IMG/VR virus record: IMGVR_UViG_3300029705_000009
DNA from: a virus
Lineage: Duplodnaviria > Caudoviricetes
Strand: one strand, 5' to 3'
Length of the DNA: 64,000 nt
This document shows, in pieces, positions 54,753-64,000 of the stretch. Every line of letters begins with the position of its first letter. The first letter of the stretch is position 1. Made by a program: the position numbers and the translations under genes. Below the pieces are notes generated by a model, which worked only from the letters and a program-made list of their open reading frames with translations, had not been told where the DNA came from and ran no database searches.

Positions 54753-55139
54753 TTAACACCTCATAAATTCCTTTAAATACCATCTGCGACCATTTCTTAC
54801 AAAATACTCATCTCCACTCATATTGTAGAAAATCTTATTCTTGGTGATGTTTTTATATCCATCTCCATAGTTATCAGTTACGTATACATAATCATTAATA
54901 CCGTAATCAATTTCCATTACGGCAAGTCCACCGTGGTTGCATAAACACAAGGTTCCAATAGGTTTGAAATCTTTCGGATATGTACCAAAATCCTCTTGGA
55001 ATTTCCTTATAGCTTCTCTTTTCGGATAGAAGATGTAGGTTTGCTTTACACGATGTCCGTCAAGCATAATGCTCAATGTCAAATTACCAACATCGTTACG
55101 GCTACAACAAATATCTTCCTTTGTAAATCTGTATCTCAT
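54753..55139 (-). CDS. Hypothetical protein
   Basis: GGAGG RBS. Confidence 0.65.
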   Translation of the reverse strand: MRYRFTKEDICCSRNDVGNLTLSIMLDGHRVKQTYIFYPKREAIRKFQEDFGTYPKDFKPIGTLCLCNHGGLAVMEIDYGINDYVYVTDNYGDGYKNITKNKIFYNMSGDEYFVRNGRRWYLKEFMRC

Positions 55140-55141
55140 AT

Positions 55142-55369
55142 TTACCTCCACAATTCATAATTCAACATATCAACAAGCTCATTACAATCAACCCATAATC
55201 CGTGATTTACTTTTTCCTTTCGGTAATCCTCTATTGTGTTTAATTGCTCTGGAATATCTAATCTGTTTGCATAATCCTTTAATAGCAACCACAATACAAA
55301 ATTCTTTTCATCGACAGACCACTTTTCAACTTCTGTATCAAGTTCACAAAATCTTGCTTCTCTATCCAT
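55142..55369 (-). CDS. Hypothetical protein
   Basis: GGAGG RBS. Confidence 0.6.
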   Translation of the reverse strand: MDREARFCELDTEVEKWSVDEKNFVLWLLLKDYANRLDIPEQLNTIEDYRKEKVNHGLWVDCNELVDMLNYELWR

Positions 55370-55521
55370 TCTTACGCCTCCCTTGCCAGGAACATCAATG
55401 TAAACTTGTCCATTCCTAATTTCCGGACTTCTTTTTCAATTCGTTCCTGTTCCTTAATATTTTTGTTTTCAATGGCTTTCTTATAAGCTTCGATGTAATC
55501 ACTTAACATTACGCTACCTCC

Positions 55522-55908
55522 TTAATTCATATACATATCAATGTTATTTCCATTGATTACAACTTCGATTGTTACGATTTTTCTGTAGTAGTAAGAGTTT
55601 TCATTATGATTCTTGATTACCCAATCAGTACTATCTACACCCATTTCTCTAAACCCTAAGAGGAACTTTTCACCTTCGTAATTTCTGTCCCTAAATTTCT
55701 TAACCAGTGCGGACCAATGAATAAACAAATCACTTGCATAGCTTTCACAATATCTACCGGCAAGAAAGATAAGATGTGTAAGAATGTCGGAATAGTTTAT
55801 ACTGTACTGTTCTTCAACATCAAAGATTGGAATACTCCATGTTCCATGTGCATGGTATTTGCATTTCGCTTTATCAATCTTAAAATCATCAATTGTGTAT
55901 TCTCTCAT
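55522..55908 (-). CDS. Hypothetical protein
   Basis: AG.YCE.YASDL...GFRE.GVD. Confidence 0.7.
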   Translation of the reverse strand: MREYTIDDFKIDKAKCKYHAHGTWSIPIFDVEEQYSINYSDILTHLIFLAGRYCESYASDLFIHWSALVKKFRDRNYEGEKFLLGFREMGVDSTDWVIKNHNENSYYYRKIVTIEVVINGNNIDMYMN

Positions 55909-56835
55909 TTACGCCACCTCCTTCAAATCATCACAAAGTTTCTCAAAATTCGCAACTTCTTTTGCGATTTCTTCAATTAAATCATCACCCCACTTTTCAG
56001 AGAAGAATCCCCAACAAGAATCTACGTTTTCGTTCCATTCCATATCATCTTCATCAAGAAGATTCATTTTGCTTTCTAATGCTGCTTGGTAGTCCATATC
56101 AAGTTCATCAATGATGTATCCATAACAATCTCCCTGGATATACTGATCATACAGTTTAACTTCTCCTTCCATCCATACTTGCGCTGCCTTTCTCCAGTTC
56201 TTCTCTGTTACTTTGATGTAGTTTCCTTTTTCATTACGAATGCTTCCACCACATTTCATAATTTCTTCTTTAGTGGTATAAATCCAACCAGCTTGACCAC
56301 TATCCCATGGACAAGAAAAACCACCTGTAGAAATCGTTATTCCACTATGCTCATAAATATACAGAGGAAGATAAGCAATTCCATTTCTCTCAAGCAGTTT
56401 CCATTTATCTTCAAAGGACATAGCTTCAACAATGTCATCAATAAGGAAATCCAGTTCATTGTTACTCTCAATAACTCCGTGGTGAACTTTGTTTCCATTC
56501 CAATATACTTTCCAATATCCCCAGAGTTCCCAGAGTTTTTCTTTTCTGTCATAGACAAGTTCCAGACCGTTTGATGTTTTCTTTGCCTTTACAAAGTTGA
56601 TTATTACATTGTCTGATACATGATTCCGTACCATGTCATTCACAAATGCTTCTGGATCAGCATATGTATTTTCCTTTGTATCTCCAAGACTATATCTGTT
56701 CCACCAAACCATCATGTGACCAATGTTTCCGTCCATATCCTCTCTTGGATTCCATGGTGTTTCATCTTGTTCAAGATGTATACGACAAATCTTTCCAGAG
56801 TTTTGATCTTTGAAATATCTGTAATTCTTTTCCAT
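55909..56835 (-). CDS. Conserved-looking phage hypothetical protein
   Basis: NPRED, LPLY.YEHSG..IST..F.CPWDSGQ.G, DSCWGF. Confidence 0.75.
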   Translation of the reverse strand: MEKNYRYFKDQNSGKICRIHLEQDETPWNPREDMDGNIGHMMVWWNRYSLGDTKENTYADPEAFVNDMVRNHVSDNVIINFVKAKKTSNGLELVYDRKEKLWELWGYWKVYWNGNKVHHGVIESNNELDFLIDDIVEAMSFEDKWKLLERNGIAYLPLYIYEHSGITISTGGFSCPWDSGQAGWIYTTKEEIMKCGGSIRNEKGNYIKVTEKNWRKAAQVWMEGEVKLYDQYIQGDCYGYIIDELDMDYQAALESKMNLLDEDDMEWNENVDSCWGFFSEKWGDDLIEEIAKEVANFEKLCDDLKEVA

Positions 56836-56852
56836 ATTCGTTCTCCCTTCTA

Positions 56853-57260
56853 TTATGCATAAATCCATATTTCACCATATGTTTTAGATTCCCAATTAAA
56901 TGCTTTTTCGTTTCCATCTTCATCTACATCAAGTTTGTGCCATTTAGAAGGTCTCTTTCCGGTTCCATCTACGTCTTCCCAGATTTCACTTAGAAGAATT
57001 TTATTTTCTTCTCTGTTAATTTCTTCGACCGTGTAATATGTAACTCCACCAAAGATTCCTACATCTCTGTATGTTTCTCCAAGTATGAATTTCCTTGGTT
57101 CTTCAATTTCTCCACTTTCAACAAGTTCTTCATAAGTTGGTTCGTATCCCAAAGCTCTACTCCAATCAACAGGCTCTCCATAGAAACTAGGTGTCATATC
57201 AACACCATCAAATCCTTCTGGAAAACGCTCAGTTAAATCTGGTATATAATCGTATCTCAT
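56853..57260 (-). CDS. Hypothetical protein
   Basis: GGAGG RBS. Confidence 0.65.
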   Translation of the reverse strand: MRYDYIPDLTERFPEGFDGVDMTPSFYGEPVDWSRALGYEPTYEELVESGEIEEPRKFILGETYRDVGIFGGVTYYTVEEINREENKILLSEIWEDVDGTGKRPSKWHKLDVDEDGNEKAFNWESKTYGEIWIYA

Positions 57261-57262
57261 TT

Positions 57263-57673
57263 CTATTCCTCCACTTCTTCATACATACTTAAATCTTCAT
57301 TGGTTACTTCTTTTCCACCAGTTACTTCTCCGTCTGCATAATCATCTCCATTCATTATAATTTTCTTTTCTCTCCAAGCCTTATCTACCTTACTGCAAGC
57401 CTCATCAAAATCTTTAGCTTTTACTTTTAATCGCTTTGAGTAATGCTCCACAATGTCTACTAAGTAATAATTCTCTTCTTCATATTCAGTAACAAATTTT
57501 TTCATCATTATTTCTCCACCACGTTTCCAATCAACTAGTGTATTAAAATCATGACGCGTTCCTCTCTTCTCTTCCAAATACGCATCAAGCAAATCATTTA
57601 CAATTCCACACATGTTTTTTGCATCTTCTAATGTGATATTGTTTCTTTTTAGTACTTCTGGAACTTTACTCAT
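57263..57673 (-). CDS. Hypothetical protein with DpnD/PcfM-like C-terminus
   Basis: Y.VDI.E.....VKA....EA...V. Confidence 0.6.
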   Translation of the reverse strand: MSKVPEVLKRNNITLEDAKNMCGIVNDLLDAYLEEKRGTRHDFNTLVDWKRGGEIMMKKFVTEYEEENYYLVDIVEHYSKRLKVKAKDFDEACSKVDKAWREKKIIMNGDDYADGEVTGGKEVTNEDLSMYEEVEE

Positions 57674-57688
57674 ATAGTTCTCCTTTCT

Positions 57689-58072
57689 TTAAACTGGTCT
57701 GTAATAACAACTCATGCAATGCCCGGTACATTCATCTGGTGGACAATCTTTACAACCTCTGTCACTATCATCTTCCCATGCTGCAGATCCATCAAAGTAA
57801 TCATCGTCATCATGATATACTTTTTCATAATTCCTATCTTCGTAACTCCATTGCTCTTCTTCGTTGCTTATACAGTCTTCAAAGTAATCATCATCTTCGT
57901 CCTCTGTTGGAATTCCAAAGAACTCTCTTTCATAATCTGTGAGTTCCATTACTTCTCTGAAATATCCCATCGCCAAACTATCATCGTTTACTCTTAAAGC
58001 ATTGATTGCTAATGATGCAATTTCTACAAGTCTTTCTGTTGTAAAATCAATTTCCATGTTTGCGTATTTCAT
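57689..58072 (-). CDS. Hypothetical acidic, Cys-tipped protein
   Basis: GAGGAGG RBS. Confidence 0.65.
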   Translation of the reverse strand: MKYANMEIDFTTERLVEIASLAINALRVNDDSLAMGYFREVMELTDYEREFFGIPTEDEDDDYFEDCISNEEEQWSYEDRNYEKVYHDDDDYFDGSAAWEDDSDRGCKDCPPDECTGHCMSCYYRPV

Positions 58073-58099
58073 ATGTAATTCCTCCTCGTATAATTTAGT

Positions 58100-58300
58100 T
58101 TAGTTAAGACCATCAAGAAATTCGTTTGCAGATTTCTCTTCCTCTTCGTCAACTAACACTTCAAAATGTATGTATCCATATCCAGCTTCGCTTGTCTCAA
58201 AGTTTATATGCATGTCTTTGAGGTATCCTTTAAATCGGACAACTGCATCTCCCTTGAGTTCTGTACTTCTCCATCTTCTTCCATTGCTTAATCTTGCCAT
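58100..58300 (-). CDS. Hypothetical protein
   Basis: RBS. Confidence 0.6.
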   Translation of the reverse strand: MARLSNGRRWRSTELKGDAVVRFKGYLKDMHINFETSEAGYGYIHFEVLVDEEEEKSANEFLDGLN

Positions 58301-58302
58301 GT

Positions 58303-58548
58303 TTATTCCTCCTCTTCTCCGTTAATCTCATCAATAATCTCACTCAAATCAAGGTCTTCATCATATTGTGGGCAATTACTGATTTCCAACTCTTTGTCTT
58401 CAATGTTAAAGTTAAAGTAAATTCCGTAATCAATTCCACATGCGTTTATGCTAATTCTCCAATCCCAGATATCATTGATTCCGTTTTTTACTTTCTGAAT
58501 ACAATGTGCAAATGACTCTATACTTCTTTCAATTTCTACTGAATACAT
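58303..58548 (-). CDS. Hypothetical acidic protein
   Basis: AGGAGG RBS. Confidence 0.6.
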   Translation of the reverse strand: MYSVEIERSIESFAHCIQKVKNGINDIWDWRISINACGIDYGIYFNFNIEDKELEISNCPQYDEDLDLSEIIDEINGEEEE

Positions 58549-58562
58549 GATTAAATCCTCCT

Positions 58563-58778
58563 TTAAAATCCTGTTTTAAGTCCCCCTAAACAGTCTAAAG
58601 CTAATCCACTCTTTTCACCTATTCTTTCATTACATTGTGGACAATAAATAACATCAGTTCCATGGTTTAAGCATGTCATTCCCGGAATATGTTTAATATC
58701 AGAAACTTCATATTCAAATACACATTTACAAGTAGGACAAGTTTTCTGTCTTGATTTACCTCTTTCTATAATTTTCAT
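58563..58778 (-). CDS. Small Zn-ribbon protein
   Basis: C..C.C.FEY...D...CP.C. Confidence 0.65.
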   Translation of the reverse strand: MKIIERGKSRQKTCPTCKCVFEYEVSDIKHIPGMTCLNHGTDVIYCPQCNERIGEKSGLALDCLGGLKTGF

Positions 58779-58964
58779 ATTGCCACCTCATAAAATTATC
58801 CTTTTATTTCCTCTACTTCCCACACGTTTTTATACTGTGGGTTTAACCAAATTTCTGTTGCTACATCATTACAAGCAACATTGATAGAATAAAATTTTGG
58901 TTCTTTATTAATTAATTCAAACATTGTTACTTTGTAGTTTTTCATAACAAACCTCCCTATAAAA

Positions 58965-59315
58965 TTATCCGTTCATCTTATTCATTTTTGCACCAAGTTT
59001 TACCGTTTCCATTGATGCCACATGAGCAATTGTTCTGTGTGCAATGAATTCAATATCGTATGGAAGAACATCATTATATTCCTCAAAAATATTTTCCATT
59101 GCATTTTCGATTGCAGCTTCAATACACTTGGCACGAACATCAGAAATCTGACCAATTTCATTTCTTTCTAATGGTGTAACATTATTTTTCATTTTATCAC
59201 CCTTTTCATACAACCATTCTTCATAATCATCTCCGGTAACACAACCTTCCGGAACACCAATCTGTCCTCTGCTTTCAATTTCTTTAACAATATCCTCTGC
59301 AAATTTAATTTTCAT
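58965..59315 (-). CDS. Hypothetical protein
   Basis: ORF track. Confidence 0.6.
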   Translation of the reverse strand: MKIKFAEDIVKEIESRGQIGVPEGCVTGDDYEEWLYEKGDKMKNNVTPLERNEIGQISDVRAKCIEAAIENAMENIFEEYNDVLPYDIEFIAHRTIAHVASMETVKLGAKMNKMNG

Positions 59316-59321
59316 CTGAAA

Positions 59322-59603
59322 TCATAATCTCTCTTTGTATTTCTTTCCTAATCCCTTGTTCTGTCTTAACTCGTTTATTTCTTTCTTCAACTTTTCATTA
59401 TCATAAACAAGCATCTTCATAGGTTCAAGAAGTCTTTCTTCGTACATAAACACATCATACAATGCTGTCTTTTTCATATGTTCTATCATTACAAAATGCT
59501 CTTTGATAAGTGATTCAATCAGGCTAAATGCTTCTGGATCTTCATGTACTTTTTCTAATGCTTCTAAACATTCTTTTCGGTTTGCTTTTATCATACTATC
59601 CAC
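59322..59603 (-). CDS. Hypothetical protein
   Basis: GAGGTGG RBS. Confidence 0.6.
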   Translation of the reverse strand: MDSMIKANRKECLEALEKVHEDPEAFSLIESLIKEHFVMIEHMKKTALYDVFMYEERLLEPMKMLVYDNEKLKKEINELRQNKGLGKKYKERL

Positions 59604-59613
59604 CTCATTGTTT

Positions 59614-60189
59614 TTATTGTGCAGTGACCTTATCTACATATTTATAAAACTCCGTTTCGAATTCATCAAAATCATCAACAAATGCTTTTAATACATATTC
59701 AACATTGCCACTAACATTAATTGTTTCTCCGTCTGTTATTAAGTTGAAGTTACAAGCACCACCTCCAGCCTTTCCTACCTTTGTAAGTAGGTTTTGTTTA
59801 CCATTTTTAAATTCTGCAACAAAACCAACAAGATGTGACCAACTATTAGTAAAGAATTGGTGTGTGTCATATCCCTCATGACCACCCCAAGCTTTTCCTG
59901 TGAGAGGAATACCATATTCTAAACAAGCGTTTCCAACCTTTAACAGTTCATCAATTCTAGGCTTTAGTTCTCTAATTCGCTGCTTATATTGTTCGATTCG
60001 TTCTAAAGAAGCATTTTCCTTTGCAATCTGATCCTCTTCTCTCTTTTTTGCATATTTTGAGATGTTGTCAATTCTATTTGCTACCTTACTAGGTGCAAGC
60101 TTTGGATTATGTAAACAGTAGTCACAGTTTGTACACATACACTCAACTCCACGGTTAACCTCAAAATCACATTCTCTCTTTTCTGACAT
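59614..60189 (-). CDS. Hypothetical protein
   Basis: GGAGGAGG RBS. Confidence 0.7.
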   Translation of the reverse strand: MSEKRECDFEVNRGVECMCTNCDYCLHNPKLAPSKVANRIDNISKYAKKREEDQIAKENASLERIEQYKQRIRELKPRIDELLKVGNACLEYGIPLTGKAWGGHEGYDTHQFFTNSWSHLVGFVAEFKNGKQNLLTKVGKAGGGACNFNLITDGETINVSGNVEYVLKAFVDDFDEFETEFYKYVDKVTAQ

Positions 60190-60190
60190 G

Positions 60191-60553
60191 TTATTCCTCC
60201 TCCATTGTGAATGTTTTGATTGGTGTGCTAATAGAAATTTCCAATCTCTCGTTATTCTTTAGATACTTCTCTTCCCTCCTTAATACAACGCTTTCATATT
60301 CGTTTCTCAGTAATTTCTTGCAACTTCTCATAGCACCGGATCTTGTTTTATATTCTTTGTGGAAAGTTGCCATTTTCGTTTTGTCTGCAAATCCCACAAG
60401 AAGATACGAGATACTGTATTTTGCTCTCCAGAATCCGTCCTTAATTTCTTCAAGAACGTATCTTTCTTTCATTCGCTTGAACTCTTTTTCAGTTTTACAG
60501 ATGTAAGGATTACTTCCATCTATAAATTCAATGTGTTGCCATGCTTCACTCAT
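60191..60553 (-). CDS. Hypothetical protein
   Basis: RBS. Confidence 0.65.
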   Translation of the reverse strand: MSEAWQHIEFIDGSNPYICKTEKEFKRMKERYVLEEIKDGFWRAKYSISYLLVGFADKTKMATFHKEYKTRSGAMRSCKKLLRNEYESVVLRREEKYLKNNERLEISISTPIKTFTMEEE

Positions 60554-60556
60554 AAC

Positions 60557-60781
60557 TCACTCTCCTATCTCTATTCCATTTTCATCTTCTACTGCACATG
60601 CATCTGTTATAAACAGTTTCCCTTCATGTACAATTGCAAATGTATCTTCATCTTCCCAAGGTGCTTTCTCTTCGAAATTATAATTTGAATAACCTTGGCA
60701 TCCTACAAACACTGGCATATCATCTGGGAGATTCTTTATGACTTCCTTTAAAAGACCTACATTCATTTCCATTTTACTCAT
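60557..60781 (-). CDS. Hypothetical protein
   Basis: M.V..L..L..LP.DM.V. Confidence 0.6.
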   Translation of the reverse strand: MSKMEMNVGLLKEVIKNLPDDMPVFVGCQGYSNYNFEEKAPWEDEDTFAIVHEGKLFITDACAVEDENGIEIGE

Positions 60782-61010
60782 TATCTTCCTCACTTTCTTC
60801 AATCACCTCAAACTCAATTCCGCTTTCCTTTAAACAGTGCAAAATATATTCTTCGCAACACCAATCGGTCACTACAATATCTGGATCTGTACACCATGCA
60901 TCATATGCAGAGTCCATAATGTATTCTGCAAGTTCTTTGTTGGTTTCCTTTACCATGATTTCCAAATATCTGTCAAAGCAACCTACATCAAATGAAATTT
61001 GCGTTTTCAT
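60774..61010 (-). CDS. Hypothetical acidic protein
   Basis: AGGTGA RBS. Confidence 0.6.
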   Translation of the reverse strand: MKTQISFDVGCFDRYLEIMVKETNKELAEYIMDSAYDAWCTDPDIVVTDWCCEEYILHCLKESGIEFEVIEESEEDNE

Positions 61011-61015
61011 TATCA

Positions 61016-61498
61016 TCACCCTATCTCCTTTGCGATTTCTTCCATTTCTACTTCTTTAATATTTTTTGCTTTGTCTATGTACAAAACTCCTTTCAAATGG
61101 TCATATTCATGTTGGATAATCCTAGCATTCATACCATCATATTCTTTTGTAACAATTTGTTTTCCATTGAAATATTTAATTTTGATTGCTTTATGTCTTT
61201 CCACTTCTCCACATATTCCAGGCACACTAAGGCAACCTTCCGTGTCAATTTCCATTCCATCTGAATATTCCAAGATTGTAGGATTTACAAACAATTCAAT
61301 TCTTTCGTTGTCTAAAACTGCTACGAATAATCGCTTGTTTACTCCTACTTGTGGTGCTGCTATTCCACAACCTTTACCTTCAATCATTAAGCAAATCATT
61401 GAATTAATAAGGTTATTCATATAGTCTGCTTTCTCTTTTGTAATTGGTACACATTTTGTTCTTAATTTGCTTTCATTTTCTAAGGTTACAATATTCAT
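61016..61498 (-). CDS. def: Peptide deformylase
   Basis: G.GIAAPQVG, EGCLS, QHEYDHL.G. Confidence 0.95.
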   Translation of the reverse strand: MNIVTLENESKLRTKCVPITKEKADYMNNLINSMICLMIEGKGCGIAAPQVGVNKRLFVAVLDNERIELFVNPTILEYSDGMEIDTEGCLSVPGICGEVERHKAIKIKYFNGKQIVTKEYDGMNARIIQHEYDHLKGVLYIDKAKNIKEVEMEEIAKEIG

Positions 61499-61500
61499 AA

Positions 61501-62172
61501 TTACTCTTCCTCTTCTTCCTCATCACTTTCTACATCTACTTCGCTCCAAATCCAACCGGCATAACCGAAGTCGTATACCTTTAATACTCCATCTGGTGTA
61601 TTGATTTCCGTTGGTGGTGCAATCTCTTGTCTGCCATATTCAGTGTTATCATCTTCACAGTAGAATGTATCTGTTTCTTCATCATAGAAACATCTGCATT
61701 CTGTTTCTTCATCATATTTATAGGAAAACTCTTTACAGATGTCCAAAGCAGTTTCCTTTGTGAAGTATGGACAATCCCAACCGTTCCAATACTGATTAAA
61801 TGTATATCCAGGATAGATGTTTCCCTCTTCAATGGCAAACTTCGCAGCCCTTGCTTCCTCAAAGAAGACTTCCTTTCTGGAATACTTTCGTTCATCAACC
61901 TCAATTTTTTCCAGAACTCTTACTCTACCATCACCAAGAACTCTGTTCTTATCACGGAACTTAATTTCCTTTGTAACTTCCAGAAGATACTCTTCTTTTA
62001 TGCCGTTTATATCTTTTCCTAATGCTTCACTATATTCTGTATATTCTGACAATACAGACATAAATAATTTGCCTTTGTGTTTTCCTAATGTACACTTCTC
62101 AAAACTTACTAAGGTTCCTTCCTGTGTTCTGTATCTCCATGCTTCGTCCCTTGTTAATGTGATTGTTTTCAT
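61501..62172 (-). CDS. Hypothetical protein
   Basis: WNGW.CPYF...W.W; AAGGAG RBS. Confidence 0.7.
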   Translation of the reverse strand: MKTITLTRDEAWRYRTQEGTLVSFEKCTLGKHKGKLFMSVLSEYTEYSEALGKDINGIKEEYLLEVTKEIKFRDKNRVLGDGRVRVLEKIEVDERKYSRKEVFFEEARAAKFAIEEGNIYPGYTFNQYWNGWDCPYFTKETALDICKEFSYKYDEETECRCFYDEETDTFYCEDDNTEYGRQEIAPPTEINTPDGVLKVYDFGYAGWIWSEVDVESDEEEEEE

Positions 62173-62184
62173 ATTCTCTCTCCT

Positions 62185-62820
62185 TTAAATTCCATTCTCT
62201 TCTTCATACCTTGCACTTCTCTCAGTGATCTCCCTTGCATAACTACTTACCTTTCCGGATTTCATCATGTTGTTTGCATATCTAGCACCTCCGTTGTATT
62301 TCATGAGAACATAGTACACATCATCGTCTTCTTCGAAGTAGCTACTTAACAATGCAACACCTACCTTTACGTTATCTAATGGCACATACAAATCCGTTAC
62401 TCCAAGTTCGTCCATAAGTTCGTAGTGCCATTTCTTTTGAATCTGCATCAGACCTTTACTTTCGCAATTATCTCCAAGTGCACGTATGTTGAAACTGCTT
62501 TCTTGTTCAATAATTGCCATGATGAATTCAAACGAAATATTATAGCTTTCACAGATATCAAATATCCCTTGCTGCAGTTCTTTGCTTAAAGGACAATCTA
62601 TGTATCTGTATTCCTTTTCGTTTTCCACCTCCTTTACTTCTGTTATTTCTTGCACATCAGATTTCTCTTGCACTACTTCAATTTCCCTTGTTACTTGCAT
62701 TGGCTCTTTCAAATCTTTCAATGATACCAAATCTCCCGTTGCATGAGCATTGATGTTATGTGCTCCTAATGCCATTACTGTTGCCGTTACCATTAAATAT
62801 GTAGTCAAAATCCTTTTCAT
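62185..62820 (-). CDS. Secreted lytic transglycosylase (SLT domain)
   Basis: Signal peptide; AII.QESSF, GLMQI, N...G, YNGG. Confidence 0.88.
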   Translation of the reverse strand: MKRILTTYLMVTATVMALGAHNINAHATGDLVSLKDLKEPMQVTREIEVVQEKSDVQEITEVKEVENEKEYRYIDCPLSKELQQGIFDICESYNISFEFIMAIIEQESSFNIRALGDNCESKGLMQIQKKWHYELMDELGVTDLYVPLDNVKVGVALLSSYFEEDDDVYYVLMKYNGGARYANNMMKSGKVSSYAREITERSARYEEENGI

Positions 62821-62840
62821 TTCTTTTTCCCTTTCTTGTT

Positions 62841-62991
62841 TAATTTTATTTACCTATGTCGGAATTTTAACTCTGTGAGGAACTTGCACAATTCCCCACA
62901 GAGTAATTAGGTAAGTAAAATAATACGTTTGCTTTATTATAGAACTTTTGTTTGCCCATTGCAAGCGTTTGCATGTAATTTTACTCACTTA
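62841..62991. promoter_or_regulatory. Cluster of three 16-bp TARSTRAATAAAATWA-like elements (one inverted) around a hairpin
   Basis: Copies 62841-62856, 62908-62923 (opposite strand), 62976-62991; ACTCTGTG...CACAGAGT hairpin 62870-62904. Confidence 0.6.
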
Positions 62992-63012
62992 TATTTTCCT
63001 TTAAAGGACAAA

Positions 63013-63282
63013 TTATGCAGTTTTTACATTGTGACAATATCTGCGAATCTGATTAAGGTTTTCCATTTCACACAATTCCTTAATCATTTCCTTTGATAAC
63101 GGACAAACCAACTCTTCACAAATTATGATTTGTTCGCAAATCTCCAGATATAAGATGTGTTTCTTTTGCCACTCTGGTCTATCCTTTGGCTTGACATTTT
63201 CATACTTAGGAAGTCCAATGACTTCTCTTGCATACGCTTTCTTTTCTTTTACAACTTTATATAAATATTCGTACTTTTGCAT
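63013..63282 (-). CDS. Hypothetical protein
   Basis: RBS. Confidence 0.6.
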   Translation of the reverse strand: MQKYEYLYKVVKEKKAYAREVIGLPKYENVKPKDRPEWQKKHILYLEICEQIIICEELVCPLSKEMIKELCEMENLNQIRRYCHNVKTA

Positions 63283-63299
63283 TGTAGTTTCCTTTCTGC

Positions 63300-63500
63300 C
63301 TATGCGTTAACCATTTCCTCTGACAATGCAGACACAGTTAGCTTGTGTGCTGCTGCTATTAAACATCTGTCACATTCAATATGTAAACCTCTGTTGCAAC
63401 AAATCTCACAACTCCGTGCGAATTTGCTTTCTGCTTCCTTGATAGTTACACATTCATTCTGAATGTTTATGCCAACCTGTTCAAATTTAATCATTTTCAT
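63300..63500 (-). CDS. Small Cys-rich protein
   Basis: GGAGG RBS. Confidence 0.6.
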   Translation of the reverse strand: MKMIKFEQVGINIQNECVTIKEAESKFARSCEICCNRGLHIECDRCLIAAAHKLTVSALSEEMVNA

Positions 63501-63933
63501 TTCCCTCCATTACAGATATTCTTATCTGATTTCCATTCCGTGTTACTTTCCATTCTGCGACTTCACTCATTTCCTTTTCCAGTTCGTCGTATATGGCAGT
63601 TTCTTTGTCAAACACAAGTCCTTTGATAATGTCATCTTCAATTTCCATTGTGCCATTATCAGAGAACACAACTGCTACTGGAATTCCGTCATAAGGTTCT
63701 CTTGTGGAAATTTCCTTTGTTGAATAACCCCATTCGTTTCCGTCATTTGTGATGACAGTTCCATTGATGTAGTATCTGCCGTATTCAATCCGTACCGTTT
63801 CCTTTGTTTCAGGCACTTCATTTACATCTGCAATAGGAACAAGGTTTTCTTTACAGATTTCCTTTTCAAATTCTCCATTGCAGCCAGTTAATAATAAGCA
63901 CATCATGCTTACTAACATAATTAAACTTCTCAT
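63487..63933 (-). CDS. Putative lipoprotein
   Basis: Lipobox-like LLTGC after hydrophobic stretch. Confidence 0.65.
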   Translation of the reverse strand: MRSLIMLVSMMCLLLTGCNGEFEKEICKENLVPIADVNEVPETKETVRIEYGRYYINGTVITNDGNEWGYSTKEISTREPYDGIPVAVVFSDNGTMEIEDDIIKGLVFDKETAIYDELEKEMSEVAEWKVTRNGNQIRISVMEGNEND

Positions 63934-64000
63934 TTCCTTTTCCCTTTCTGTTGGTTATGCTCTAACCAATCCATAAAAGCCTTTCTCATACACACCATCT

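Noticed and set aside
782-63723. Plus-strand ORFs in the six-frame track
   Set aside because: All are antisense shadows of well-supported minus-strand genes or RNA genes, with no recognisable motifs.

Overview
AT-rich 64-kb segment of a large temperate SPbeta-like phage or prophage, probably from a Firmicutes host (Clostridia/Lachnospiraceae-like; inferred from gene content, GGAGG Shine-Dalgarno sites and sigma-A promoters). Essentially all genes lie on the minus strand. In transcription order (right to left): a long region of small, often acidic hypothetical proteins (with SLT transglycosylase, peptide deformylase, a C5 methyltransferase and a lone HicA); an SPbeta yopP-yopQ-yopR(mrpR)-like lysogeny module; NAD-dependent ligase; a block of short paralogous gene cassettes; a 4-kb RNA-gene island; an ABC/PspA/OmpA envelope operon; an RNA ligase; and a replication module (Sak4, SSB, primase-helicase, Cas4-like nuclease, DnaE, ERCC4, C5 methyltransferase). 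The most striking element is at 21.8-24.7 kb. A DUF2828 (TROVE/Ro60-like VWA) gene is embedded in an array of 12 RNA units that share a helix followed by the motif WWACWGCAAW, most of which display a tRNA anticodon loop just downstream. The units occur either as mini anticodon-stem-loop RNAs or as full tRNAs carrying a circularly permuted copy of the motif as a 42-44 nt insertion in the anticodon stem. This is a candidate phage Ro60/Y-RNA-like anticodon decoy or tRNA-repair system. Also notable: a textbook -1 frameshift signal that would fuse the first methyltransferase to extra target-recognition domains, and a 16-bp element repeated about 19 times that is a candidate repressor operator. All family assignments come from motif recognition by eye; no database searches or folding programs were run.
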